Source: Candidatus Sumerlaeia bacterium (GTDB taxonomy: Bacteria > Sumerlaeota > Sumerlaeia > SLMS01). From it: a DNA stretch of 18,732 bases. Where the stretch lies: positions 1 to 18,732 of the forward strand of contig JBBQYG010000067.1 in NCBI GenBank assembly GCA_038208905.1, in the 5' to 3' direction. The first letter of the stretch is position 1. Each line of letters opens with the position of its first letter. This document shows positions 1 to 9,095 of the stretch, piece after piece. Below the pieces are notes generated by a model, which was not told where the DNA came from, did not search any database, and worked only from the letters and a program-made list of their open reading frames with translations. The position numbers were made by a program, and so were the translations under genes.

Positions 1-1890
1 TGTCAGGTCGATCCCGCCGGGCACCTGGTAGGGCACAAGACCGCCACCCGCGTTGATTTGGATATACACGTCGGCGCCCGGGGCGGAGGCACCGCCCTCT
101 GTGAAGATTTGGCCGAGCACCGCCGATGCGGAAATTCCGAAGTCGCCCGAGAATGTTACGGTGCCCGACGTGATCGGCCGCGTTACCCGCCGCGCGCGAA
201 GGCCGGGCGAGGCGAAGTCGGCGACCACGAACGGCCCCGTCAGCACCACGTTGGTGAACGCTCCGGCGAAGCCACCGTCCGATTCCGTTTCGATCGTGGG
301 ACCACCAGAAATGACCAGCGGCGTGACGCCATCCGATTGGAGCAGCGTCACTGTCCCGGCGAGCGCCGTAGGCGTCCCCGATGAATAGTCAAAGAGCTGA
401 CCATTGAGGTTCAGCGTCACCTTCTGGCTCACGGATATCTGAATCGTCTCGGTCCCGCGCGAGCTGAACCCATCCTCGGCGACCAGCGTGACATCGAATG
501 TCCCGGGGGTCTGATAGAGCTTGGCCGCCGTGGCGGATGTGGTCGTCGTGGTGTCGTGAAACTTCCAGCAGATCGCCGGGGTGCCATTGTCGTCGGAAAC
601 ACTCGCCGTAAACTGGACGAAGAGGGGAATCTCGCCCTCCGTCACCGAGGCCTGGATCATCGCCGTGGGTGCTTCGTCGGGCTGAGTGTAGGTGATTCGC
701 CTGATCTGGCCGATTGGCGGGCGAAAGATCATGTTGGCGATGGAGAAGAGCACCGCGCCATTTGATTCCACTGCGATGTCGCCAAAGCCAAACGGCGTCC
801 CCGAATGGAAAATCGTCGTCTGCTGCAGATCGCCCGCCTCGTCGAGGTGCAAGCGGAAAATCTTGCCCGGGCGGTCGAAACTGCCCCACTCCACCGCGAA
901 GTAGTCGCCCTTGTATTCTTCGGGGAACATATTTCCCTCATAGACTGTGGAGCCCACGATGGCGATTCCGGTGATGTCCCCAAAGGAGTGCGGATAGGCA
1001 AAGAAATCGGGGCCATAGTTGGCGGGAGGAGTCACGCCGGGGGTGTCGGAGAGCGGTCCCTCGATCAAGGACCAACCATAGTTCTTGCCGCGCTCGATGA
1101 TGTTCAGCTCCTCCCAGCGCGACTGACCCGTATCGGTTGACATGAACCGACCGCGGCGCGTGTCCCAAAAATTGCGGAAGGGATTCCGCAGTCCGAGGGC
1201 ATAGATGTAATTTTGGTTTCCCGTGGAGCCCGCTGCGTAGAACGGGTTGTCCTCGGGTGCGCTGCCATCGGGGCGCAGGCGGAGGATCTTGCCGCGCTCG
1301 CTGTTGGTGCGCTGGGGCTTGCCGACGTCTGCGTCGTCTCCCAATCCCCAATAGATCATGCCATCGGGGCCAAAGCTGATGCCGCCGCCACTGTGGTAAT
1401 CCGTCCCCTGGTTTGCGTCGCGGATGTTCAGTGTCACCGTCTCTTCGCCCGCGGTCAGCGCAACGGGATCGATGGTGAAGCGCGTGATCCGCATGTCGCG
1501 GCCAGTGGGGGAGGTCACGAGAGTGGTGTGGGATAGGTAGAAGTAGCCGTCCTCGTCGAATGTCGGCGACACAGCGCCACCGATGACTCCGCCTTCGGAC
1601 TCCACGATGATCACGTTGCCGCTGGGCTGGGTCCAAGGGACCACCATGTAATCCACAAAGGCGGCACCCAGCGTGCCGTTGGCGGCCATCACGTGGGCCT
1701 TGCCGTTGCCGAGGCCAACAACCGCCCGGCCGTCGGGAAGCGGCAGGAGCAGCGTCACGGGAGTATCAAACTCGTGAAGGATCGTTTCCGTAAATCCCGG
1801 CGGCAGCGGCCTGAGGGGATCACAGGGGGCCGCGCCAGCCATGGGCGCGATGGATAGGCTGGCGAGCAGGGCCAGTGCGAGACGATTCAT
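1..1890 (-). CDS. Secreted PQQ-dependent sugar dehydrogenase-like (GSDH beta-propeller) protein with PKD domain and further beta-sandwich modules; 3' end outside window
   Basis: Hand translation from ATG at 1890 stays open to base 1 (630 codons). Signal peptide MNRLALALLASLSIAPMAGA. GSDH motifs EGGVIGGAVSP, HSGGGISFGPDGMIYWGLGD, GKILRLRPDGSAPEDNPF, IYALGLRNPF, EELNIIERGKNYGW. PKD-like segment APTAMIQAS...VQFTAS...CWKF...YQTPGTFDVTL at ~425-680. GAGGAG lies upstream. Absent from the ORF track because there is no stop in the window. Confidence 0.88.
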   Translation of the reverse strand, partial: MNRLALALLASLSIAPMAGAAPCDPLRPLPPGFTETILHEFDTPVTLLLPLPDGRAVVGLGNGKAHVMAANGTLGAAFVDYMVVPWTQPSGNVIIVESEGGVIGGAVSPTFDEDGYFYLSHTTLVTSPTGRDMRITRFTIDPVALTAGEETVTLNIRDANQGTDYHSGGGISFGPDGMIYWGLGDDADVGKPQRTNSERGKILRLRPDGSAPEDNPFYAAGSTGNQNYIYALGLRNPFRNFWDTRRGRFMSTDTGQSRWEELNIIERGKNYGWSLIEGPLSDTPGVTPPANYGPDFFAYPHSFGDITGIAIVGSTVYEGNMFPEEYKGDYFAVEWGSFDRPGKIFRLHLDEAGDLQQTTIFHSGTPFGFGDIAVESNGAVLFSIANMIFRPPIGQIRRITYTQPDEAPTAMIQASVTEGEIPLFVQFTASVSDDNGTPAICWKFHDTTTTTSATAAKLYQTPGTFDVTLVAEDGFSSRGTETIQISVSQKVTLNLNGQLFDYSSGTPTALAGTVTLLQSDGVTPLVISGGPTIETESDGGFAGAFTNVVLTGPFVVADFASPGLRARRVTRPITSGTVTFSGDFGISASAVLGQIFTEGGASAPGADVYIQINAGGGLVPYQVPGGIDLT

Positions 1891-2130
1891 CGGTAAAGTT
1901 CCACTCCTCGGGTCATGGGGCGCTTGGGACGCCACGAGGCAAAGGGGTAGGGAGCGCCGCGTTCCGATGCAACCCCGTTTCGCGAGAACACCGAAAATCA
2001 AGGGAATCGAAACTTCGCGGGTCCAAACGACCGCGGGCACTGATTCGCGCCACAATCCGGTTGAGGCCCCAACTACCCGCCCCCAGCATCCGCCGGTTGC
2101 AGTCACCCGACCGGAGGGCGATGAGCGCGC

Positions 2131-3660
2131 ATGAGGTCCATCCTCGCCAACATCATCGATAACCCGATCCTGATGAGAGAGCTGCGCCGCCGCATGCGCG
2201 GCAAGGCGCTGGTTTACAGCATCATCACCTACATCATGATGATGACCATTTCCACGGTATTCGTTCTCCTCATCACCAGCCCCTCGCCCTTTGCCGAGGC
2301 GAGCCAGCGCATGCTGGACGCGATGCGCCTGACCGGTGAGCGGATCTTCCTGTGGATCACGGGGATTCAGATGCTTCTGGTTCTCGTGGTCGCCCCCACC
2401 ATCACGGCAGGCATGACTACGGGCGAGAAGGAGCGAAAGACTTTCGACTTCCTGCGTGTCACGACCATCACCCGTTGGATGTATGTGATCGGCTGCTTTC
2501 TCTCCACGGCGTTCTACGTGGGCCTTGCGCTATTGTGCGCGCTCCCGTTGCTCAGCCTCGTGTTCCTCTATGGCGGGGCGAACCTCAACAGCGTGATTTC
2601 GATGTTCTTCCACCTGCTGGGGGCATCGTGCATCCTGTCGTCGTTCGGTCTCTTCGTCAGTTCCGTATGCGAGCGCACGCGGACGGCGCAGGGCATCATC
2701 GTGTTCCTGATCTTCGGTCTCGTATTTGGCGGATTTCTGCTCTATACTCAAATTTCTGTGCTCTTCGCGGGCGCCACGGCGGCGGCGGGCGGGCCGACGG
2801 TGTCGGGGGTCCTGTATGTCTATGGCGCGGCGATTCCCTCCTGGATTATGACGGTTGTCGGCATGGTGGCGATCAGCAGCGTCCTTCTGCTGCTGGCGGC
2901 GCGAAAGCTCTTCGAGCCCGAGGACGTTCGCGCGTTCGCCCACTGGCAATACGTCGTTCTGCTCGCAGGGTTCCTTGCGACTTTCGCCGGGTTCCTCGCG
3001 GGGAACGCCTTCACCAGCGAAATTCCTGAGGTGGCGTTCCTTCTGATGGGATACCTTCTACTGATTGTCGCGGTTCAGACGTTCGCCATCGGCCGAATGG
3101 AGGTTGGCGACGAGATTTGGCACCTCAAGCGCCTGCTGCCGATCCTTCGCCCCATCGACCAGACGATCCCCTTCCTCGTGCTGGTGGCGGCGATTTGGTA
3201 CTTCGCGGTCAGTGGACTGCCCCGGATGCTCCCCGCGATGATCCTGCCGCGTGGCGCCATCGATGCGATGGTCCTCGTCTCGATCTGCTCCTTCGCGTTC
3301 TTCTGCTTCGTTGCGCGGGCGACCACGGCGCTGACATCCGTCAGGACCAAGGCCGGCGGATATTCGATCGCAGTCATGGTGTTCTTCCTGCTGGTGGTTC
3401 CGATTCTTGGTTTCGCCATCGGCGGGCTGGCCCCGGGGCTGGCGGACGTGTCCAGGGAGATCATCGCCGTCTCACCCATGGCGCTGCTTTACGACGCCTT
3501 CCGCAACTCGGCGCCCTACGCCGCGGGCGGCGGAACGATCGGCACCTATGCCGCGGGTATGTATATCGTGCTCGCCATCGGCGTCGCCGCGTGGGGAGAG
3601 ACCAAGCGCTTCCTCAAGTACCGCGGCTTTGACTATCACTACGATATGCCCGTGGGCTGA
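2131..3660 (+). CDS. ABC-2/GldF-like ABC transporter permease subunit, multi-TM membrane protein (509 aa)
   Basis: NPILMRELRRRMRG N-terminus and APTITAGMTTGEKERKTFDFLRVT (GEkErxTxxxL motif), followed by a dozen or so hydrophobic segments. Confidence 0.75.
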   Translation: MRSILANIIDNPILMRELRRRMRGKALVYSIITYIMMMTISTVFVLLITSPSPFAEASQRMLDAMRLTGERIFLWITGIQMLLVLVVAPTITAGMTTGEKERKTFDFLRVTTITRWMYVIGCFLSTAFYVGLALLCALPLLSLVFLYGGANLNSVISMFFHLLGASCILSSFGLFVSSVCERTRTAQGIIVFLIFGLVFGGFLLYTQISVLFAGATAAAGGPTVSGVLYVYGAAIPSWIMTVVGMVAISSVLLLLAARKLFEPEDVRAFAHWQYVVLLAGFLATFAGFLAGNAFTSEIPEVAFLLMGYLLLIVAVQTFAIGRMEVGDEIWHLKRLLPILRPIDQTIPFLVLVAAIWYFAVSGLPRMLPAMILPRGAIDAMVLVSICSFAFFCFVARATTALTSVRTKAGGYSIAVMVFFLLVVPILGFAIGGLAPGLADVSREIIAVSPMALLYDAFRNSAPYAAGGGTIGTYAAGMYIVLAIGVAAWGETKRFLKYRGFDYHYDMPVG

Positions 3661-3666
3661 GGGAGC

Positions 3667-4173
3667 ATGACCTTGGCCATCCGCAAGTTCGGCCTTATCA
3701 GCGACACCCACGGCTCCGTCCATCCCGACGTCCATGACCTCTTTCAGGGCGTGGAGGATATTCTCCACGCGGGCGATGTGGGCGACGACGACATCCTGCG
3801 GGAGCTGCGCGTGATCGCCAGCGTCCACGCCGTCGCGGGAAACTGCGACCACCCGCGCGCCGCGTTGCCACCGTTCCGCATCGTCGAGTTGCCCTTCGGC
3901 AAGGCCGGAATCGCCCACGGCCACCGCCAGCCCGAGAAGCAGAGCGAGCGCGTCACGGCCCTCCACGAAGTGTTTCGCGAACAGGGGTGCCGACTGATCC
4001 TCCACGGGCACAGCCACCAGCAGCACCTTGAGTTCCGATCTGGCTGCTGGATCGTCAATCCCGGCGCCGCAACACACCCACGCTTCGGCGTAATGCCGGG
4101 TCTTTGCATCCTCGAGTGGAATTCGGAGACCGACACGTTGCGCTTCGACTTTCGCCCGCTCGTGTGGAAGTGA
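3667..4173 (+). CDS. Metallophosphoesterase, YfcE/MJ0936 (calcineurin-like) family
   Basis: Motifs ISDTHG, HAGD, GNCD, HGH, HGHSH, NPG. GGGAG RBS in the 6-nt gap after the upstream stop. Confidence 0.92.
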   Translation: MTLAIRKFGLISDTHGSVHPDVHDLFQGVEDILHAGDVGDDDILRELRVIASVHAVAGNCDHPRAALPPFRIVELPFGKAGIAHGHRQPEKQSERVTALHEVFREQGCRLILHGHSHQQHLEFRSGCWIVNPGAATHPRFGVMPGLCILEWNSETDTLRFDFRPLVWK

Positions 4174-4175
4174 CG

Positions 4176-4718
4176 ATGCCCAGACAGCCGCGCGGCTGCC
4201 CGGTCGCGCCACTCCTGCTCGTCTTCACGGTGTTGCCGCTCTGCGAGCTGAGCATCCTCGTGTGGCTCTCCTATCGGACCAGCTTCCTCTTCACTTTGGC
4301 GGTGGTGCTTACCTCGGGAATCCTCGGCGCAACGCTTGCCCGGTGGCAGGGCGTCCGCGTGTGGCGCGAGGCAAGCCGCGAGATGGCAATGGGGCGCTTT
4401 CCCGCCGACTCGATGATCGACGGCGTGATCATCCTGGTCGGGGGCGTGATGCTGGTGACGCCGGGGCTCATCACCGACCTTATCGGCCTCTCCACGTTGA
4501 TCCCGCCGATCCGATCCCTCTATCGCGCAAAGGCAAAGAGCTTCTTCAAGCCCGGCGTCGGGGGGACCGCCGGAGCCGGAGCGTTTCGTGTCTATACATT
4601 CGGGGGAAGGACCGACGCGCCGCCGCCCTCCGCAGACCAGCCTGCCGAAGAGAAGCGGCATCTGCCATTCGACGAGGCGACGCCCTTTGACAGGATCAAG
4701 AAGGACGGACAGTCCTAG
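4176..4718 (+). CDS. fxsA: FxsA family membrane protein
   Basis: LLLVFTVLPLCELSIL...TLAVVLTSGILGATLARWQG...DGVIILVGGVMLVTPGLITDLIG...LIPPIR is the FxsA pattern. Start placed at ATG 4176, 2 nt after the upstream TGA, rather than at 4104. Confidence 0.9.
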   Translation: MPRQPRGCPVAPLLLVFTVLPLCELSILVWLSYRTSFLFTLAVVLTSGILGATLARWQGVRVWREASREMAMGRFPADSMIDGVIILVGGVMLVTPGLITDLIGLSTLIPPIRSLYRAKAKSFFKPGVGGTAGAGAFRVYTFGGRTDAPPPSADQPAEEKRHLPFDEATPFDRIKKDGQS

Positions 4719-5950
4719 AGTTTCTGCCCTTCCTGCATCAGCGTATCCGGCACGCGGACGACTTCGTCGCCTTCGGTCAGCCCCTCGGTCACCTGCACCT
4801 CGAAGTCGTCCCGCAGGCCCAGCTTCACTGCCTGCCGCGCGATGCGGCCGCCATTGTTCTTGAGGACGTAGAAGGTGCCATCGGGCGCCTGCACCACGGA
4901 CGAGCGCGGTGCCTTGATCGCATCGCTGGCCTGGCCCTTGTAATAGCGCGCCTGAAGGCGGAATCCGAGGCCGAGATTCGCGGGGCGGCTCTCGATCGTC
5001 GAGCGCACGAAGACGCGCTGCTGCTCGACGCCGAGGGACGAGAACTTGGTGAACCCCGCCGGTTCGATGCGCGAAACGGCCCCCTTGAGCGGCGACTCGC
5101 CCGGCGCCACGATGTACTCCACGAGGGCGCCTTCCCGAAGCTGAAAGGCATCCTGGGTCAGAAGGTCGCCCTCGACCTCGAGCTCCGACAAATCGCCGAC
5201 AAGAAAGAGCAGCGTTCCCTCCGCGAGGGGACCTCCGCCCACCTCGTAGCGGTTCAGTATCACCCCATCCACCGGAGATACAATATCGGCGAGCTTGCGA
5301 TTGTGCTCCGCGCGGACAAGCGCCGCGCGGGCCTGATCGAGCTGGTCGTTGACGGCGCGCGCCTCAAGCTCCTTCCGGACAATCGTGGCGCGGATGCGGC
5401 TCGTCTCCGCCACGGCCTGGCGGCGGGCCTGCTCCGCGGCCAGCGAAGCCGTCTCGGCCGAATCGAGCGCCGAATCGGAGATTGCGCGGTCGCGAAAGGC
5501 CCCGGTCGCGCGCTCGAACTCCTCCGCCTCGCGGCGACCGCGCACCGCCCGCTCCTCGGCAAGGGCCTCCGCGGAGATCAGCATTTCTTCCTCCACGCGC
5601 GTGTCGCGGATAAGCGCGACGCGCGATTCCAGCTCGGCGGCGCGCGCGCGCGCCTCTGCCACGGCGGTGTCCAGCGGCACGATGTCCACCTCCACCAGGC
5701 GGTCGCCCTTCTTCACTGGATCGCCGGGCATTGGAACCAGGCGTGCCACCCGCGCGGAGATCGGCATCGATACCTGATGGCGAACTTCCAGCCGCGTGCG
5801 CGCGGGTTCCATGATAGACTCGCGGATAATGCCCTTGCTGGCCTTCACCGTTTCTGTGGGGGGCTTTCCGCTGCACGCCATGAGCATAACTGTCGCAGCG
5901 ACCGCCACGATATGCACTGCGATGAGACGACGTCGCATTGGTCTTGTCAT
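4715..5950 (-). CDS. Efflux periplasmic adaptor subunit (HlyD/MacA-like membrane fusion protein), probable lipoprotein
   Basis: C-terminal 411 aa of the 883-aa track ORF. Start ATG overlaps the permease stop (ATGA). Lipobox-like VMLMAC; lipoyl halves VSMPISARV...GDPVKKGD and IVSPVDGVIL; alpha-helical hairpin; IEPAGFTKFSSLGVEQQRV; C-terminal VTEGLTEGDEVV. Confidence 0.9.
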   Translation of the reverse strand: MTRPMRRRLIAVHIVAVAATVMLMACSGKPPTETVKASKGIIRESIMEPARTRLEVRHQVSMPISARVARLVPMPGDPVKKGDRLVEVDIVPLDTAVAEARARAAELESRVALIRDTRVEEEMLISAEALAEERAVRGRREAEEFERATGAFRDRAISDSALDSAETASLAAEQARRQAVAETSRIRATIVRKELEARAVNDQLDQARAALVRAEHNRKLADIVSPVDGVILNRYEVGGGPLAEGTLLFLVGDLSELEVEGDLLTQDAFQLREGALVEYIVAPGESPLKGAVSRIEPAGFTKFSSLGVEQQRVFVRSTIESRPANLGLGFRLQARYYKGQASDAIKAPRSSVVQAPDGTFYVLKNNGGRIARQAVKLGLRDDFEVQVTEGLTEGDEVVRVPDTLMQEGQKL

Positions 5951-8322
5951 TCCTTTACCTTGAGGACCTCCAGCCAGGGAAGTTTTGCAATCAGCATCAT
6001 GACGATCGTCTGGGCCGACACGATCGTTCCCAGCATCAGCAGCGCCGCCGTCACGAAACGCACGGGGCGCATGACGATCGGGAACCGGAACAGCTCGGAG
6101 CTGTATGCGCCGGCGAGAAAATGGATATACAGCACCCCGGCATACAGCCCGACGATGGTGCCAATCCCGTAGAGCACCGCGCTCTCCGACGCGAAGATCG
6201 CCGCGATCTGGCGCGTGGTGAATCCCAGCACCCTCAGAGTGGCCACCTCGCGCTGGCGCTCGCTCAGCGACACCAGCGAGGAGTTGAGTACGCTGCCGAA
6301 GCCGATGATGACGGCAAACACCACGAAGATACCGATGATCACCGCGTTGGCTTTGCTGAAAGTCTGCTCGAAGAGTTCCAGCGACTCGGCGCGCCGTGTC
6401 GCGCCGACGACATCGCGCACCTCCTTGAGGTGGCTCATCAAGGGCTGGTCGGACTGCCCCGGAAACGACTTGGTGAGGATCATGTTGGCGGCCCACTGCT
6501 CGCCCATCAGTCGGCTCAGGTACTCGATGTCCGCATAGGCCGAAAGCCCCACATACGTGTCCACCAGCGCAGCCACCTGCGCCGTGACTTTTCGGCGCTC
6601 GCCAATCAGGGGTTGGAGCATCACCTGGTCGCCGACCTCCACGTGGAGGATCTCGGCCAGCTTGCGTGCCAGCACGAGTCCCGTGGCCGGGATCGCGATG
6701 GGGTTGCCAGCGGAATCGAGCGGGCGATAGAGCGTGCCGCCGGCGGGGAGTCCCGTCACGCCGATGCTCTTCATGTGGACGCCGTTGGAAAGATCGGCCG
6801 GCACGCGGAGCTGGGGCTCTGTATATCCGGCGATGAGGCGCTCGTCGGCATCGTAGCCAAGCCCGCGCGGATCGCGCAGCGTCACGGAAAGATCCTGATG
6901 CGAGACCTCCTCCAGTTCGTAGCGCGCCAGCTTCTTCATCCCGTCGCGCATCGCCAGCGCGCCGATGATCAGCATCGTCGCGACCACCCCGGTGAAGAGG
7001 CTGACGGCGCTCCGGAATGGATTCCGGAAGATCGCCCGAAAGACCATCTTCCACCGGAAGGACAGTCTGCGCCACACGCGCGGAAACATCTCCAGCGGCG
7101 TGTGATAGGCCTTCTCTGGCGGGGCGGGATGCATCGCTTCCGCGGGATGGAGCTTCACCGCGGAGAGCGTTCCCTTGATCGTCCCCGCCGCGGACGCAAC
7201 CATGCTGATGGCGATCCCCGCGAGGTGAATCCACGGCTGAAACGTCTGGTGGATATTGGGAAACTCGAAGATCGTCTGATACAGCATGATCATGGCCCGG
7301 TGAATCCCGAGCCCCACCACGCTGCCGATTGCCCCACCCACGAATCCAATCGCGAGGCCGTAGCAAAGGTAGTGAAAGAACACCTGGCCCGAGGAGAACC
7401 CCACGGCCTTTAGCGTGCCGATGACGGAACGCTGCTGCTGGACCATGCGGGCCACCAGGACGTTCAGGATCAGCGCCGCAACCGAGAGGAAAATCACCGG
7501 CGTGATGAAGCTGGACTTCCTCACATTCTCCAGTTCGTTCTCAAGGAAGTCCGTGGACAACTGCTCGTTCATTCGCTTGGCATCGATGGCGCCGTAGATG
7601 TCCAGCCGTTCCTTCATCAACGCCAGCATCGTCGCCATTGTCGCGTCGGAAGTATCCTCGGCGGTGCCGATGATCTGGTTGAAGGCGCCGTCGAGGTCGC
7701 CCGCCTCCTGGATGAACGATTCCTCGAAATAGAGCGCCGCGAATTTTTTCGGATCCGGCGCAAGACCGCCGCCGGGTGGAATCTGATAGATGTACTCGGC
7801 GGATGTCACCGTGCCGATGACCAGGAGCTCACGCTGCTCGTCCAGCAGCATCGTCGTCAGGCGGCTCCCCGGCAGCAGGTTGTTGGCCTTGGCGAAGGCA
7901 TCGTTGAGCAGGACTTCCTCCGCGCCGGGGGCGGAAAACCAGGTGCCGCTGCGCAGGATCACATCGTTGATCACCGGTGTGGAAAACGCGGGCAGGGAAT
8001 GCGCCGTACCCGCCACTGGTTCCCGGATACCCGGCAGGTCCACGACCACGCGAAGGGTTACGCGGCCGCGTGCCTCGCGGACGTTGGGCAGGGAGGCGAT
8101 TTCCTCCACGACCCACGTGGGGGCGCGCTTCACATCGACGAAGAAGTCCCCCATCCGGCACTGCGCGAAGTAGGAAGCCTTTGCCGCCTCGAGGTCGTTG
8201 GAAACCGAGAGAAATCCCACCAGCGATGCGATGCCGAATCCGATGATGAAAACCAGCGCAATAAGCGACGCCTTGCGCGCCATCAGGTCGCGAAGGACCT
8301 TGCGCAGCAGGATCACGCTCAC
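5947..8322 (-). CDS. ABC transporter permease, duplicated MacB/FtsX-type (791 aa)
   Basis: Two repeats, each with an N-terminal helix (LLRKVLRDL; VFRAIFRNPFRS), a large periplasmic domain and an FtsX motif (QQRSVIGTLKAVGF; ERQREVATLRVLGF). GTG start at 8322 overlaps the ATPase TGA (GTGA). Confidence 0.9.
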   Translation of the reverse strand: MSVILLRKVLRDLMARKASLIALVFIIGFGIASLVGFLSVSNDLEAAKASYFAQCRMGDFFVDVKRAPTWVVEEIASLPNVREARGRVTLRVVVDLPGIREPVAGTAHSLPAFSTPVINDVILRSGTWFSAPGAEEVLLNDAFAKANNLLPGSRLTTMLLDEQRELLVIGTVTSAEYIYQIPPGGGLAPDPKKFAALYFEESFIQEAGDLDGAFNQIIGTAEDTSDATMATMLALMKERLDIYGAIDAKRMNEQLSTDFLENELENVRKSSFITPVIFLSVAALILNVLVARMVQQQRSVIGTLKAVGFSSGQVFFHYLCYGLAIGFVGGAIGSVVGLGIHRAMIMLYQTIFEFPNIHQTFQPWIHLAGIAISMVASAAGTIKGTLSAVKLHPAEAMHPAPPEKAYHTPLEMFPRVWRRLSFRWKMVFRAIFRNPFRSAVSLFTGVVATMLIIGALAMRDGMKKLARYELEEVSHQDLSVTLRDPRGLGYDADERLIAGYTEPQLRVPADLSNGVHMKSIGVTGLPAGGTLYRPLDSAGNPIAIPATGLVLARKLAEILHVEVGDQVMLQPLIGERRKVTAQVAALVDTYVGLSAYADIEYLSRLMGEQWAANMILTKSFPGQSDQPLMSHLKEVRDVVGATRRAESLELFEQTFSKANAVIIGIFVVFAVIIGFGSVLNSSLVSLSERQREVATLRVLGFTTRQIAAIFASESAVLYGIGTIVGLYAGVLYIHFLAGAYSSELFRFPIVMRPVRFVTAALLMLGTIVSAQTIVMMLIAKLPWLEVLKVKE

Positions 8323-9095
8323 CAGTCCACTTCCTCGACGTTGATCAGGTTTTCGTTCTCGTGAACCGAGGCGATGGACCCGTCGCGTATCTGCGCGATG
8401 CGGTCCGCCAAGCCCGTGAGTGCTGAATTGTGGGTGATGATGATGACTGTTCTGCCGAAGTCGCGATTGTAGTGGAGAAGCAGGCGCAGGATCTCGCGGC
8501 TGGTCGCCACGTCGAGGGCTCCGGTCGGCTCGTCGCAAAGCAGAAGCCTGGGGTTGGACGCAATGGCGCGGGCGATGGAGACCCGCTGTTGCTCGCCGCC
8601 GCTCATCTGCGCGGGAAAGTGATCGGCGCGCTTCTCGAGGCCGACCAAGCGAAGCGCCTCCTTCGCGTCCATGGGATCGCGCGAAAGCTCGGTCGCGACT
8701 TCAACATTCTCCAGCGCCGTCAGCGTGGGGACCAGATTGTAGAACTGGAAGACAAACCCCACCTCGTGGCGGCGGTACATCGTGAGCTGTCGGTCATTGA
8801 ACTCCGACAGCATCGCGCCGTCGTAGGACACCGTGCCCGAAGAAGGCCTGTCCATGCCACCGAGCAGGTTGAGAAGCGTGCTTTTGCCGGAGCCGCTAGG
8901 CCCGAGGATAACAAGGAACTCGCCATCCAGGATGTCGATGGTCGCCTCCTTCAGGGCCACGACATCCACCTCGCCCATACGGTAAACCCTCCGCGCGCCC
9001 CGCACCTGAAGCAACGGGGGGCGCGTGGAAAGTTTTGCGATATGTTCGGCGGAGGAGTGGCTCACTCGGGGTTCGTTCGGCGGGGCTGGCACCAA
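8319..9095 (-). CDS. ABC transporter ATP-binding protein (LolD/MacB/FtsE-like)
   Basis: Walker [11 protein letters not shown]-loop GFVFQFYNL, signature MSGGEQQRV, Walker [14 protein letters not shown]-loop IITHN. Start uncertain (TTG 9095, GTG 9092 or GTG 9065). Confidence 0.93.
   Translation of the reverse strand: MVPAPPNEPRVSHSSAEHIAKLSTRPPLLQVRGARRVYRMGEVDVVALKEATIDILDGEFLVILGPSGSGKSTLLNLLGGMDRPSSGTVSYDGAMLSEFNDRQLTMYRRHEVGFVFQFYNLVPTLTALENVEVATELSRDPMDAKEALRLVGLEKRADHFPAQMSGGEQQRVSIARAIASNPRLLLCDEPTGALDVATSREILRLLLHYNRDFGRTVIIITHNSALTGLADRIAQIRDGSIASVHENENLINVEEVDW

Noticed and set aside
3667..4718. Metallophosphoesterase + FxsA as an anti-phage system
   Set aside because: Both look like ordinary stand-alone family members, and no defence or mobile-element genes are nearby.
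5640..5653. (GC)n dinucleotide run
   Set aside because: It encodes the Ala-Arg repeat EARARAAE in the adaptor's helical hairpin with the frame intact; no sign of phase variation.
5951..7366. Stop-free 472-codon N-terminal extension of the adaptor ORF (track ORF 4715..7366), suggestive of a frameshift fusion with the permease
   Set aside because: It is the -1 frame of the permease, where stops are rare because third positions are mostly G/C. The translation is Arg/Gly/Ala-rich noise, and the adaptor has its own signal peptide and ATGA-coupled start.
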